Assembly (NCBI GenBank): GCA_009859145.1
Contig: VRVR01000049.1
Location: 176,289-240,288 of the forward strand
Reading direction: 5' to 3'
Origin: Andalucia godoyi And28
Lineage: Eukaryota > Protista > Jakobida
Length of the DNA: 64,000 nucleotides
Each line of letters opens with the position of its first letter. Within the stretch, counting starts at the first letter, position 1. Positions 11,501 to 21,713 of the stretch are shown one piece after another. The notes beneath the pieces are model-generated. The model did no database searches, was not told the DNA's origin, and saw nothing but the letters and a program-made list of their open reading frames with translations. The position numbers and the translations under genes were made by a program.

Positions 11501-12538
11501 ATGTCTGTCACTCGTGTCTTTGGTATGTGCAACCCGTTGCTGGATATTTCAGCCGAGGTTGACAATGCATTCCTTGAGAAGTACGGTTTGCAGGCCGGCA
11601 ACCAGATTCTTGCCGAGCCCAATCACATTCCGATGTATGCCGAGCTTGCAAATATGACCACTGTGGAGTATATCGCTGGAGGTGCTGGCCAGAACTCGAT
11701 CCGTGTTTGCCAATGGATGCTGCAGACTCCCGGAGCCACGTACTACACTGGATCGGTTGGAAACGACGCGTTCGGTGAGCAGCTTGAGAAAAAAGCACAG
11801 GAAGCCGGAGTGACGGTTTTGTACTCCAAGACTTCAGAGGCACCGACTGGAACCTGCGCAGTGTGTGTCGTCAACAAGGAGCGATCGCTTGTCGCGAATC
11901 TGGCCGCTGCCAACTTGTACAAGGCATCGTTCCTCGAATCTGAGCTAGTCAAGAAGGCCGTGCAAGACGCAGGAATCTTTTACGTCACTGGATTCTTCCT
12001 GACGGTGGCCCCCGAAGGAGCCCTTTCGCTTGCACAGCATGCCGCCGAGAAGAACAAGATTTTCGCAGTCAACCTGTCTGCTCCGTTTGTGTGCCAGTTC
12101 TTTGGACAGCATCTGGAAGCCTTGCTTCCGTACACGGACTTTGTATTTGGAAACGAAAACGAAGCCGCGGCAATGGCCACCAAGCTTGGAATCGATGGAT
12201 CCGATCTTGAAAAGGTTGCCGTGCACATTGCAAAGATGCCCAAGGCAAATGCAAGCCGACCCCGCTACGTCATTTTCACCCAGGGATCGAAGGCGTCCAT
12301 TGTTGCATGTTCAAGCACAGATGCTGCTGTAACGCATGCCGTTCCGAAGATCGACAGCGAAAAGATTGTTGACACTAACGGCGCCGGGGACGCATTTGTC
12401 GGTGGCTTTTTGTCTCAGATTGCCAAGGGCAAGTCGATTGAGGAATCTGTCAATGCAGGCCACTATGCAGCCGGAGTCATTATCCAACGATCTGGATGTA
12501 CGTTCCCTGCAACTCCCGACGCACATTACCTTCAGTAG
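11501..12538 (+). CDS. ADK: Adenosine kinase (PfkB family)
   Basis: GMCNPLLDISAEV, IAGGAGQNSIR, PTGTCAV, RSLVANLAAAN, FGNENEA, VDTNGAGDAFVGGF; ATG at 11501. Confidence 0.96.
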   Translation: MSVTRVFGMCNPLLDISAEVDNAFLEKYGLQAGNQILAEPNHIPMYAELANMTTVEYIAGGAGQNSIRVCQWMLQTPGATYYTGSVGNDAFGEQLEKKAQEAGVTVLYSKTSEAPTGTCAVCVVNKERSLVANLAAANLYKASFLESELVKKAVQDAGIFYVTGFFLTVAPEGALSLAQHAAEKNKIFAVNLSAPFVCQFFGQHLEALLPYTDFVFGNENEAAAMATKLGIDGSDLEKVAVHIAKMPKANASRPRYVIFTQGSKASIVACSSTDAAVTHAVPKIDSEKIVDTNGAGDAFVGGFLSQIAKGKSIEESVNAGHYAAGVIIQRSGCTFPATPDAHYLQ

Positions 12539-12762
12539 ATTATGCTATTGTTTCGTATCCTAATCGCAGCGAGGCTCCAAAACGCACCACTTGTAGTGCG
12601 TATACACGAATAAATGAGTGTGATATATCTTTTTGCCTATCGATATCTGTCCTGGATGTCTTCGGGTTTATCATAAGCTATGTGTTGCGGCAAAATAAAA
12701 TATATATTTAAATTTTAAAAAAGGGGGGGAAGGGGGCGAGAGAGGGAGGAACGCGGCGTTGT

Positions 12763-13098
12763 CTATTCCAAACCTGCATCATCTTCTCCGGAAGGCGCAC
12801 CGGCATCTTCGTCCTCTGCAGAGTCCTCATTCCAGTCAAGACTGGACAGTCGGATTTCCTCGTTTCCTCCACTCGGTTTCGACAGCGAGGACAGAAACGA
12901 TGCGGTCGCTCGCTTCATCGCGTCACACTCCTCGCGTTTGAACTCGCCACTCAGCATTGAACAGGCCATCCGCAGGGCCTCGGTTGCCACGTTCTCGACA
13001 AGCACGTCCAATTCTTCTTCTTCCTTGCATTTGGAAGCATCGAACTTCCATTCTTCGAATCGGTCCGTCGGTGGCGCATGTTTCGGAGACGATGACAT
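12763..13098 (-). CDS. Small acidic hypothetical protein (111 aa)
   Basis: ATG-initiated ORF filling the gap between ADK and NSDHL, with protein-like composition; no family recognised. Confidence 0.5.
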   Translation of the reverse strand: MSSSPKHAPPTDRFEEWKFDASKCKEEEELDVLVENVATEALRMACSMLSGEFKREECDAMKRATASFLSSLSKPSGGNEEIRLSSLDWNEDSAEDEDAGAPSGEDDAGLE

Positions 13099-13282
13099 GC
13101 TGGATTCGATATCTCGAAAAAGACCCCCTTTGAAAGCGGGAAATCAGAAACAGAATATTCGCTTGTTTTTGTTCAACTCTCGAGTCTCAACGATCCCCGC
13201 CAGCGACTCTTGTGAACAGCCGAGGAAGCAAAAAGCAGGGGTTTCACAGACAATAAACGGAGAAAGAATGACAACGAAGAAC

Positions 13283-13321
<39 letters not shown>

Positions 13322-13340
13322 AAAAGGGGAGGAAAAAAAA

Positions 13341-14423
13341 ATGTCAAGTGAACGTTCGTCTACGCCAGTGCCTCGGCGGTCGCAAACGCCGTCCATGTCT
13401 TCGCGGGCAGGCAAGGCATGTCTTGTGACTGGTGGTGGTGGATTTCTTGGTCGTCATATTGCAGAGGCGTTGGTGGCGGCAGGACATTCAGTTCGTATTT
13501 TTGACCGCGTGCAGACGTTTACGGACAGCCGGATCGACTTTGCGACGGGCGACCTGACGAAGAAATCGGATGTGATTCATGCATGCGAGGGAATGGATGT
13601 TGTTTTCCATGTTGCGTCGCTTACAGATACTTGGGGGCCATATGCACCGTTCTACAATGTGAATGTGATTGGAACACAAAACATTATTGAAGCATGCATC
13701 AAGAATGGAATCAAGCAGCTTGTGTACACATCGTCGCCTTCGGTGGTGTTTGGAGGAGAGGATATTGAGAATGGGGACGAGTCGCTTGCGTATCCTGCCA
13801 CGCATCTGAATGCGTACTGCTCGACGAAGGCCGAGGCCGAAAAGCTGGTTCGAGCTGCGAATGGAAAGGACGGGTTGCTGACGGTCTCTCTCCGACCTCA
13901 TGCAATGTTTGGACCTCGCGATAACCACTTTTTCCCGCAGTTGTTTGAAAAGGCAAAGAAGGGGCAGGTGAAGTATATGGTGGGATCCGCGCAGAACATT
14001 GTGGATTTCACATATGTTGGAAATGTCGTGCAAGCGCATTTGCTTGCGATGGACAAGCTTGTGGAAGGGTCGCCGGTTTGCGGGCAGGCATACTTTATCA
14101 CCAATGGAGAGCCGATCAAGTTCTGGGATTTCATGAACAAGGTTCTTGCGAAGATGGGGTTCACTCCGCCGACAAAGAACATCCCGTTCTCGGTGGCATA
14201 CGGTCTTGCGTGGACGTTCGAATGGACTCATTGGTTTGTTGGAAAGATCTTCAACTTCCGACCGCCCCTGAACCGCTACATGGTTGCAAACATGTGCACT
14301 CACCATTACTTCAGCATCGAGAAGGCGAAGACGGAACTCGGATACAACCCGGAAACGTCGCTTGAAGAAGCCGTCGACCTTACTGTAGCATACTACAAGT
14401 CTCTTGAGCTCAACCAAAAGTAA
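13341..14423 (+). CDS. NSDHL: 3-beta-hydroxysteroid dehydrogenase / sterol-4-alpha-carboxylate 3-dehydrogenase (NSDHL/ERG26-like)
   Basis: Rossmann motif VTGGGGFLG, YTSSPSVVF, catalytic YCSTKAEAE, LRPHAMFGPRD, DFTYVGNVVQAH, GQAYFITNGEP. Confidence 0.9.
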   Translation: MSSERSSTPVPRRSQTPSMSSRAGKACLVTGGGGFLGRHIAEALVAAGHSVRIFDRVQTFTDSRIDFATGDLTKKSDVIHACEGMDVVFHVASLTDTWGPYAPFYNVNVIGTQNIIEACIKNGIKQLVYTSSPSVVFGGEDIENGDESLAYPATHLNAYCSTKAEAEKLVRAANGKDGLLTVSLRPHAMFGPRDNHFFPQLFEKAKKGQVKYMVGSAQNIVDFTYVGNVVQAHLLAMDKLVEGSPVCGQAYFITNGEPIKFWDFMNKVLAKMGFTPPTKNIPFSVAYGLAWTFEWTHWFVGKIFNFRPPLNRYMVANMCTHHYFSIEKAKTELGYNPETSLEEAVDLTVAYYKSLELNQK

Positions 14424-14715
14424 TACGTGCTTTCGCATATTTCTCTTTAATTATTTCTGTCGCGGTTTTGCATCCCCATTTCTCCCCTACTATACTATAC
14501 TTTAAATAAAATTAAAGAAAAAACAGCAACAGCAACAACAACAACAAAACAAACAAACTAATTAATTAATTAAGTAAACAAAAGAAAAGCATTCGACAGC
14601 GTTTTTCCCCCTTCCTTTCTTTTCCTTGTTGCGTTTACGCTTTGACTGTCCAATTGTTTTTTCGCACAAGATCGCCTGTCACGGTAAGGAGGAAAACAAA
14701 ATCTCGACATGCAGC

Positions 14716-15807
14716 CTACTTGCCTCCGCGTCCGCCGCGTCCCATTGATCGCGCCCGCTTGCCAGGTCGTTGTTTCGGACCGGACACTGGTCGATCGCGT
14801 TTTCTAGACTCTGGAGCTCCACGCCGTCCTTCGAATCCACCTCCACGCTTTCCTTCGAATCCACCTCGTCGAGATCCCTCTGCGCCGCCGCGCCGTGGGC
14901 CGTCGAAGCCTCCGCGGCGTCTTGGCGGACCGCTGTCTCCAGACCCGGGCTTTCTCTTCTTGTTTCCTCCAAAGCTGGTTGTGGAGAACGACGAGTAGTC
15001 CGCACCGTAATCCTCATTGTCATCTTGCAGCAGCTTGTCCAACTGCCCTTGGTCCTTTCCAGCCTTTCTCCATTCTTGTGCATTCTGCATTCCCTTCTTC
15101 CTATGCTCACGCTTCTCCTTTTCGCGCTCCTTTTGAACCTCTTTTCCAAACTTTTTGCCTTCGCGAACCTGCCGTCTCTGCTCCGCCTCGTCAATCGATT
15201 TCTTTTCACCAAGAATGCGCTCCTTGATCCGAAGCATGTGTGCGTCGCTCTTCAACATTTCTGCATAATAATCATCTGGCCGTGTCGTCGGCACTCCAAG
15301 AGCCTTGAGTTCCGGAAGCGTAACCACCACTGCATTCAGCACAGACTTGTAAATTGCCGTTTCGCGCGCCAAATCATCATGAATCTGCGCAACTGGAAGC
15401 ACAACGGCATCCACGGGCTTGTGACCCGCAGTTTCTGTCGAAGCCTTTTTCGCAGCCGCACGAGACTTGGTAGCCACTGCAGCCTTTGCCGGTAGCAATC
15501 CTCGAATCGAATCGTTTTCAAGATGCCGGTTTCTGAAAAAGTCTCGATCATTGTCGTGCGCACTCTCGGAGCCTTCCAAGAGCGCCGGCGCACTCACAGA
15601 AAGAGTTGCGCTGAACGGAAGGTTCAATGCAAAGTCTGCGAGCTTCTCCCTGAGCAGCGGAATGAAAATTCTCTGCTTTGGAACCGCCGCGCCCTGCGAT
15701 CCTCCAGCGGACTTCTCGCGTTTCAGCGACTCTGCAAGCGCGAGCTCTTCCGAAGAAATAGACTCGGAATCAGAAACATCGGAATCGCTGTACTCAGAAG
15801 ACGACAT
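14716..15807 (-). CDS. EBP2: rRNA-processing protein EBP2
   Basis: IHDDLARETAIY, RPDDYYAEMLKSDAHMLRIKERI, KKFGKEVQ and a basic/RGG tail (RPGKRAR); ATG at 15807. Confidence 0.93.
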   Translation of the reverse strand: MSSSEYSDSDVSDSESISSEELALAESLKREKSAGGSQGAAVPKQRIFIPLLREKLADFALNLPFSATLSVSAPALLEGSESAHDNDRDFFRNRHLENDSIRGLLPAKAAVATKSRAAAKKASTETAGHKPVDAVVLPVAQIHDDLARETAIYKSVLNAVVVTLPELKALGVPTTRPDDYYAEMLKSDAHMLRIKERILGEKKSIDEAEQRRQVREGKKFGKEVQKEREKEKREHRKKGMQNAQEWRKAGKDQGQLDKLLQDDNEDYGADYSSFSTTSFGGNKKRKPGSGDSGPPRRRGGFDGPRRGGAEGSRRGGFEGKRGGGFEGRRGAPESRKRDRPVSGPKQRPGKRARSMGRGGRGGK

Positions 15808-16019
15808 CGTGGTGCACCAGATTACAATCACCGCGCTTTCGTTTTACCAAAAATGCGCAAACAAACAAACCACCCCCAAAAGTATCAAACACAATACAAT
15901 GGAACAGAATTAAAAAATGGAAACACTAGAAAGGAAGCCTTTTTCTTTTCATTTTTTTTCATTATATAATAATTATCATTCTACTTCCCTTTTCAAGAGA
16001 TGCAAAGGCTCGGCTATTG

Positions 16020-16365
16020 ATGAGCGAAACTTGCGATACTGCACGATCCCAAGGTCCTGTTTGGCCTGGTTTCTCGCTAGCATCAAGCCAAGCTTGCTTT
16101 CGACTACGGTTGCGAGGCGCGTGGGGGAATTGTACGTGTCGTACCTTCCGCGTGCGTTGTCGTAGCAAACTCCTTTCGGAGATTCTGTCCTCTGGGGTGC
16201 ATCCGGCGGTTACCTATTGGGATTTCAACTGCTGTCAATCCCCATCACCCATACAAATCCGCGATACAAGTCTGCTACCAGATAGTCCTGTTTCCCCGCA
16301 CCGGTCACCCAGCTGTCTTTGCTGCGCTCTTGTTCCCCTGTGCCTTCCCCTACCTTTCGCTGTGA
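16020..16365 (-). ncRNA. Candidate structured non-coding RNA, family unassigned
   Basis: No credible ORF. Several nested or crossing complementary segments have mismatches that resolve as G-U only on the minus strand, and there is a CUCC-GAAA-GGAG tetraloop hairpin (16170-16181). No diagnostic Rfam motif was recognised. Confidence 0.3.
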
Positions 16366-16751
16366 CCCGTGACACCCGTTCCCAGAGCTTCTAACCCCCC
16401 CCCTCCCCACCCTCCTCAAACCGCTCCGCGCTGCACCAGTTCTCCAGTCTTTTTTTTGTTGTTGTTGTCGATTTGAAAAAAAAATTCCCAACAGCCAAAA
16501 AAGCAGCCCATCATCATCATCCGTTTGGCGATTTGCCTTTTAAACCCTTTTGCTTCTCACTTTCTCTCTTCTTTTTTTCTTTTTTCTTTTTTCTTCTTTT
16601 TTCTCCTTTCCTTCCCTTTTCTTTTCTTTTCTTCTTTCTTCTTTTCTTCAGAACCAAGGTTTCTTTCTTCTCTTTCCTGCCTCTTCTACTTTTTCTGCTT
16701 TTTACTTTCGCGTACGGAAAACCCGGACAAACCGACCAACCAACCAACAAG

Positions 16752-17744
16752 ATGGGTAACTGCTGTGGCTGCAACGATCCTGAGCGCGTGCGTCGCATGG
16801 TGTGCAAGTCCCCTGGGTTCTATTACCTGCAGGGCAACAATGTGTACCGCATTGGACCGAAGGGTAAGACGTTTGAGACGAATGAGTATGACATGAGCGG
16901 TGCGGACTGCATTGCGAATGCGCAGAAGAAGCTTCTGATCGTGGACTACCGCATTTTGTGGTGCCGACCGGAAGATGGAGCACTGTGGGAGATTCATGAG
17001 GATGAGCCTGCGATCATCCCTCCGCCACCATGCTGCAAGTGCCCGTGCGCCGTGAAGATGCCGTCGGTGAAGATGCCGTCAGTGAACTTGCCATCGGTGA
17101 AGATGCCGTCAGTGAACTTGCCGTCGATCAAGATGCCGTCGATCGATCTTCCGGACTTGGATCTCGACTTGCCCAAGATCGAGCATGACGAGTCGCAGTG
17201 GCACGAGCCGTCCCAGGGTTGGGGTGGCACTTATTATGTCACCGTGTACGGAAAGTACGCGTACCTTGCAACCAACGCAGGAAACTTGTGGATGGTCAAC
17301 CTTGCAGATGGACGCCACAAGCAGCTCAACTCCAACTCCACGTGGTATGTCAACTTTATGGGATTCTGCGGAAAGATTGGAAAGCTGGTCATTGCCTCGT
17401 CCAAGACAAACCAGGTGTACACCCTCGACACCCAGACTCTGGCTTATGACACTCTGAGCTCGGACGACTGGTCCGATGCACGCGGAGGTGTCATCAAGGG
17501 CTCCGATGCGTACATTGCATGCGGCGACGGAAAGCTGTACAAGCTTGACTGCAAGGATGGCTCGGACTGCAAGGAGCTCGAGAAGAGCGGCGGTGCATAC
17601 TCCACCCTCAAGGCCATGTGGCGTGTCGGTGACAAGACCTATGGTCTCTTCAATGACTACGTTGGACAGATCGACTTGGACAACGGTGAGGTCAAGAAGC
17701 TCGAATCCATCTCGACGAGCGCAGACGACTGCACCTTCCTGTAA
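16752..17744 (+). CDS. Putative acylated beta-propeller protein with a (KMPSV/NLPSV)n pentapeptide insert
   Basis: ATG 16752 begins MGNCCGC. Short beta-strand repeats (GNLWMVNLADG, GKLYKLDCKDG, GQIDLDNG) and strongly C/G-ending codons indicate a real gene. Confidence 0.8.
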   Translation: MGNCCGCNDPERVRRMVCKSPGFYYLQGNNVYRIGPKGKTFETNEYDMSGADCIANAQKKLLIVDYRILWCRPEDGALWEIHEDEPAIIPPPPCCKCPCAVKMPSVKMPSVNLPSVKMPSVNLPSIKMPSIDLPDLDLDLPKIEHDESQWHEPSQGWGGTYYVTVYGKYAYLATNAGNLWMVNLADGRHKQLNSNSTWYVNFMGFCGKIGKLVIASSKTNQVYTLDTQTLAYDTLSSDDWSDARGGVIKGSDAYIACGDGKLYKLDCKDGSDCKELEKSGGAYSTLKAMWRVGDKTYGLFNDYVGQIDLDNGEVKKLESISTSADDCTFL

Positions 17745-17915
17745 ATCACCCATGTCATGCCATTCTGTGTTTTCGCTCTGTTTTTTGTGCGTGTGTGTGT
17801 GTGCTGCGAGGTTTTACTACCTGCGTGACAATGAATAAATTGGTTGCATCACCACAGTTTTGTTGGGACGTCAATTGAAAGCAAAATCGCGTATTTTATT
17901 CTAGTGTTCTTGTTT

Positions 17916-19186
17916 TTATCCTTCTTTCTTTCTTTTTTTCATTCCTCCTCCAGGCGGCGACGCAGACCAGAGAAGGGCACGGTGCTTCTCTTCTTTCTTG
18001 AGTGGGATTTCGAGATGACGTCGCACCACGGCCAACAACAACAACAACGCCCGCTGTCTTTGCCGTCTCCTGCGGACTCCCAGTGCGGCGGCACCGACAC
18101 TTGCAGCGACGACCACCGCAACTCTAAGACACACGGCTACAATCACAGCGACCGACATCTCACCCCTGTCCGCGTCCGAATTGCCCATTCTTGTGCTGTG
18201 GATTGGCGATATTGACCAACACTAAAGCCCCGTCGGCGCAGAAAGTGGTTCTGCAGTTCCAAAAACTCAGCGCTATTACTTACTGATGGTGCCTGAAACG
18301 CCATCCACGCCGAGTATCTTGCATACGAACGCAGTCCCGCAAACTGTGAGCCCATGCTCGTAAAGCGCGATCTGCTGCATCGGATCGTTTTCGTCGACGA
18401 TGCTGATCTGCAGTCCAAATGGTGTGTCCCCACATGGCGAATCGGTTCGTGCACATATTCCAAATGCAGACGCGGTGTCATTCGCATCCAGCACATACAC
18501 CGTGTCTCCGCGGGGTCCACAACGCAGGTACGAAACGATCCCCATCATCTCATAGTTCCCCTGCTCGACGTCTCCGCCAGAGCTGACACGATCACTGGTG
18601 CTGTTGACAGCGAGTAGAGAGTGCCGTTCGACACGCTCCACGCAGCCGCTTCGTCCGGCGGTGCACACACAAACTCGAGCTGTCCTTGCAATAGATCCAA
18701 ACGTGAATCAATTCGTTCAAACTCGATCACAACATTCCCATTCCCACTCCCATTCCCACAGTGCGTGATCGTCGAAGAAAAGATGGATTGCAAAGAAAAC
18801 GGCGCTGGCAAAGCGCGTTTTGAGAGTGTATTAATACGATACAACACACTACCACCACCATCATCACTGTTGTTGTCATCTCCTTTGTGAACGCTGTCCA
18901 CGTACCTGGGACTGTCATTGGACCATGCAAGCATGTTAACGGATCTAGGAACCATGCCGGTCGCAGGTGAGCCACCCGGGAAGAAAATATGGTGCAGACA
19001 GCAGAATCCGGGTCGCAGAGTCTACATCGTCGTCATATGTCGGTCCCAATACCCATATGGAACTCGTCTTTGCAGCTGGTTCAATGTGCTGTGGTGCAGT
19101 CGAGAGCAAGCGACGATGCGCGGGGTGCCAAATGTACGGCACACAGTGTCGCGATGATCCATCCCAAAATCAAAAGAAATCTCCAT
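17916..19186 (-). pseudogene. Frameshift-fragmented type I membrane/secreted protein gene (pseudogene or local consensus errors)
   Basis: Protein-like segments tile the interval in alternating frames. They run from signal-peptide-like (M)RFLLILGWIIATLCAVHL at about 19186 through several beta-rich segments to a TM helix plus basic stop-transfer (SVAVIVAVCLRVAVVVAASVGAAALGVRRRRQRQR) at about 18160-18050. About 6 frame changes are needed. Confidence 0.45.
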
Positions 19187-19481
19187 CCAGGCCTCCCCCG
19201 CTCGTCCGTGACCGTCTCCGATGGCTAGTTTTTATTTGTTCGTCGCGGAAGGACAATCCGAAATAGGGAGAAAACATGCCAGAAATGGACAGGAGCGGGA
19301 ATTATTATTATTATTATTATTATCATCATCACCATCATCGTCATCACGTGATGCTGCCTTTGGTCGTTGAAACCCGACGGCATTTTGAAAACGCAGTCTT
19401 TTCTTTAGTCGTCGCTCACCCAGGCATTTGCGCATGTCTAGACAAGTCCCATACAAGGCGTATTGTACACATCCGAAGCTG

Positions 19482-20414
19482 ATGCCGCTGCACCGCAACT
19501 CGAGGATGCGGTATATGAGCCCGACACGCTCGACGACTCTCGGCGCCTACACGAACCGCGAGTCCGAGACCGCGTTGCTGGCGTTTTCTCCAACTGCATT
19601 CTCTTCTCTTCGTCGCTCCATGTCGACTTCCGTCGCCCACAGGCGTCTTGGTGCTGGGGGAATGAAGTTCCGCTCCGGCACGCTCCACGACCCTTTTGCA
19701 TCTGCACATTCCGCTTCGTTATCGCTTGACGCAACATGCTCTTCTCCACGTACACAATCATCGCCACGCACACCAAAAACAGCAACCACGGCAATTACGA
19801 GCAGCAGCAGCAGCAGTGGTGGTGGTGGTGGTAGTGGCAAATGTAATAGTCCGCGGTATGTCAACCCGCAGCCGTTCCGACCGACTGCGAGCCGCCCTCG
19901 TGAGGCTGCGAGTGCGTATTCATGGGAGCCGAGTCCTTATGACAGCTTGCGAGAGTCACAGCTTCTGCATCGCCAAAAGCAACAACACGGGTCTACTTCT
20001 CACCATCATCACCAGCACCTCCATAGTCGTCATCATCATTTGTCGAAGGGACAGTTGGACGAGTACTGCAGAGCGGCACAGGACCGCGTTGGCCGCGATC
20101 TGTGCTTGGACGAACATGATGTGCAAGTCATTGTGGATGTCGATGGCTTCATTGTCGTTCTTATTCGCCAGCCGCCCTTATTGAACAACAGCCACAGTCG
20201 CAGCCAGAGCCACAGTCAGAGCCACAGTCGCAGTCACAGCCACGATGAGCGCGGGGCCGAGAGCGAAAACATGAGGAGGAGTGGGGCGGACGCGGTGATG
20301 CAGTACATGAATCAGTGGGCTAGAATGGATTCGGCGGTGTCCAAAGACTCGTCGAGATGGGGCATTGAGTGGGACGACTGGCGACTCTTTGCGCTGGATC
20401 CTCGACGACTCTGA
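19482..20414 (+). CDS. Hypothetical low-complexity protein (Ser/Gly/His/Gln-rich) with an ordered C-terminal region
   Basis: Long open frame with poly-S/G/H tracts typical of the real genes here; no family recognised. Confidence 0.55.
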   Translation: MPLHRNSRMRYMSPTRSTTLGAYTNRESETALLAFSPTAFSSLRRSMSTSVAHRRLGAGGMKFRSGTLHDPFASAHSASLSLDATCSSPRTQSSPRTPKTATTAITSSSSSSGGGGGSGKCNSPRYVNPQPFRPTASRPREAASAYSWEPSPYDSLRESQLLHRQKQQHGSTSHHHHQHLHSRHHHLSKGQLDEYCRAAQDRVGRDLCLDEHDVQVIVDVDGFIVVLIRQPPLLNNSHSRSQSHSQSHSRSHSHDERGAESENMRRSGADAVMQYMNQWARMDSAVSKDSSRWGIEWDDWRLFALDPRRL

Positions 20415-20671
20415 AGAACAATGCACACACACTCATACACCCACATCAATACTGCTCTGTTATTCATCCACACCACACACCATACACCGTCTGCCATCTG
20501 TTGCTTGCTACTGTAATCTTTACTGGCGTACCTACTGCACCATATAGCGCCACGTGAGAATATGAGAATAACGATGAGAATAACAATGACGATGACAATG
20601 AGAGTGAGAGTGAAAATGAGAACGAGAGAGGAAGAAATTCAAGAAGAGGCGTGATCATATTCTTTTAATGG

Positions 20672-21247
20672 CTATTGTTGTTGGTGTTGTTGTTGCATGG
20701 CATCCGAGGACGCAAGGTCATTGGATCCGAAAGACCCCGGAAGCAACTCCGCGAGCGTCCACACCTGTACGCGCGACATGTCTGCCAGGAAGCACAAGAC
20801 GACAAAGTCGGCGAGAGACCGAGACGGCTGCGGAGTGCCGGCATTTCCGTCTCGATTTAGCAGTGTGGACGCGCTGGGATTTTCCGACGATGCAGCTGGA
20901 TAGACTGCGAATTCCGCAAGGGTCTGGCGACATGCTCCACATGGTGTGCAAAACGTGGGCAAGTGCTTGGTGGTAACTGCAATTGCCTCGAACTGCGAGT
21001 ATCCATTTGCAACAGCTGCGCAAACCGCCGTTCGTTCCGCGCACGTGCACAGCGGGTACGCCGCATTCTCTACATTCACGCCCACTTGCACCCGCTTGAC
21101 TCCTGTTGATGCATCAAAACACAGCAAAGCACAAGACACCGGGAACCGCGAGTACGGCGAGTGAGACCGACTCAGAGCCTGCACTGCCGCTTCACACAAT
21201 TGCTGATACTCTGCACTCAACTCGCTCACCTGTAGCACTTTTGGCAT
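20672..21247 (-). CDS. CDA: Cytidine deaminase (homotetrameric type)
   Basis: HSPYSRFPVSCAL, GVNVENAAYPLCTCAERTAV and PCGACRQTLAEF zinc-binding motifs; ATG at 21247. Confidence 0.93.
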   Translation of the reverse strand: MPKVLQVSELSAEYQQLCEAAVQALSRSHSPYSRFPVSCALLCFDASTGVKRVQVGVNVENAAYPLCTCAERTAVCAAVANGYSQFEAIAVTTKHLPTFCTPCGACRQTLAEFAVYPAASSENPSASTLLNRDGNAGTPQPSRSLADFVVLCFLADMSRVQVWTLAELLPGSFGSNDLASSDAMQQQHQQQ

Positions 21248-21597
21248 TCTTCTCTTCTTTTCTTCTTTTCGTCTTGTCTTAGCCGTTCCGTGTCGTTCTT
21301 CCAAATTGAAAACAAAATAATTACAATAATAAAATAAGTTTTAAAAAAAAAGAAGTCGTAACTTTCATGAATGAGAATCATATGAATCAAGAAGGGTGCA
21401 TTCAGATTTCAGGAGTGATTAGGCAGAAAAAAATCCGGGCAAAAAACACTGGCTTTCCTCTTTCACCGCTGCCACTTATTGCAATACTGGCTGATGATGA
21501 GGCAATCTAAAGCGCACGTAAAAAAAGCAACGGTATCCTAAGCAACTCCGTCACACGATGCCCGATTCGTTTCGGCCCATTTTGATCATGAAATCCC

Positions 21598-21605
21598 TAT
21601 ATAAA
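21598..21605 (+). promoter_or_regulatory. TATA box-like TATATAAA upstream of the Fanzor remnant
   Basis: Exact TATATAAA about 110 bp upstream of ATG 21714; function untested. Confidence 0.35.
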
Positions 21606-21713
21606 CACGCCGCCGCGTTGCACTCTCGCACAGCGACGCTCATTTCTTATTTTATTCTTATTGTCCATGCAACGCACCGTGTCCGTCACGCCCGCAACGC
21701 TGCGGCAAGACCC

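Noticed and set aside
13488-14438. Long antisense or alternate-frame ORFs over real genes (also 24833-25768, 34853-35959, 40985-42562, 59496-60383, 61488-62663)
   Set aside because: They overlap well-supported genes, show no family motifs, and are expected from codon bias.
16010-16070. Hammerhead-like TTGATGAG-CGAAAC...GTC
   Set aside because: C3 is missing, there is no room for stem II, and stem I cannot pair.
18960-19180. Minus frame reading CTTAH*TSC...DI*RRCRLC with two in-frame TGA, suggesting Sec/Cys recoding
   Set aside because: TGA is a normal stop for many genes here, no SECIS was recognised, and an alternative frame gives a more protein-like path.
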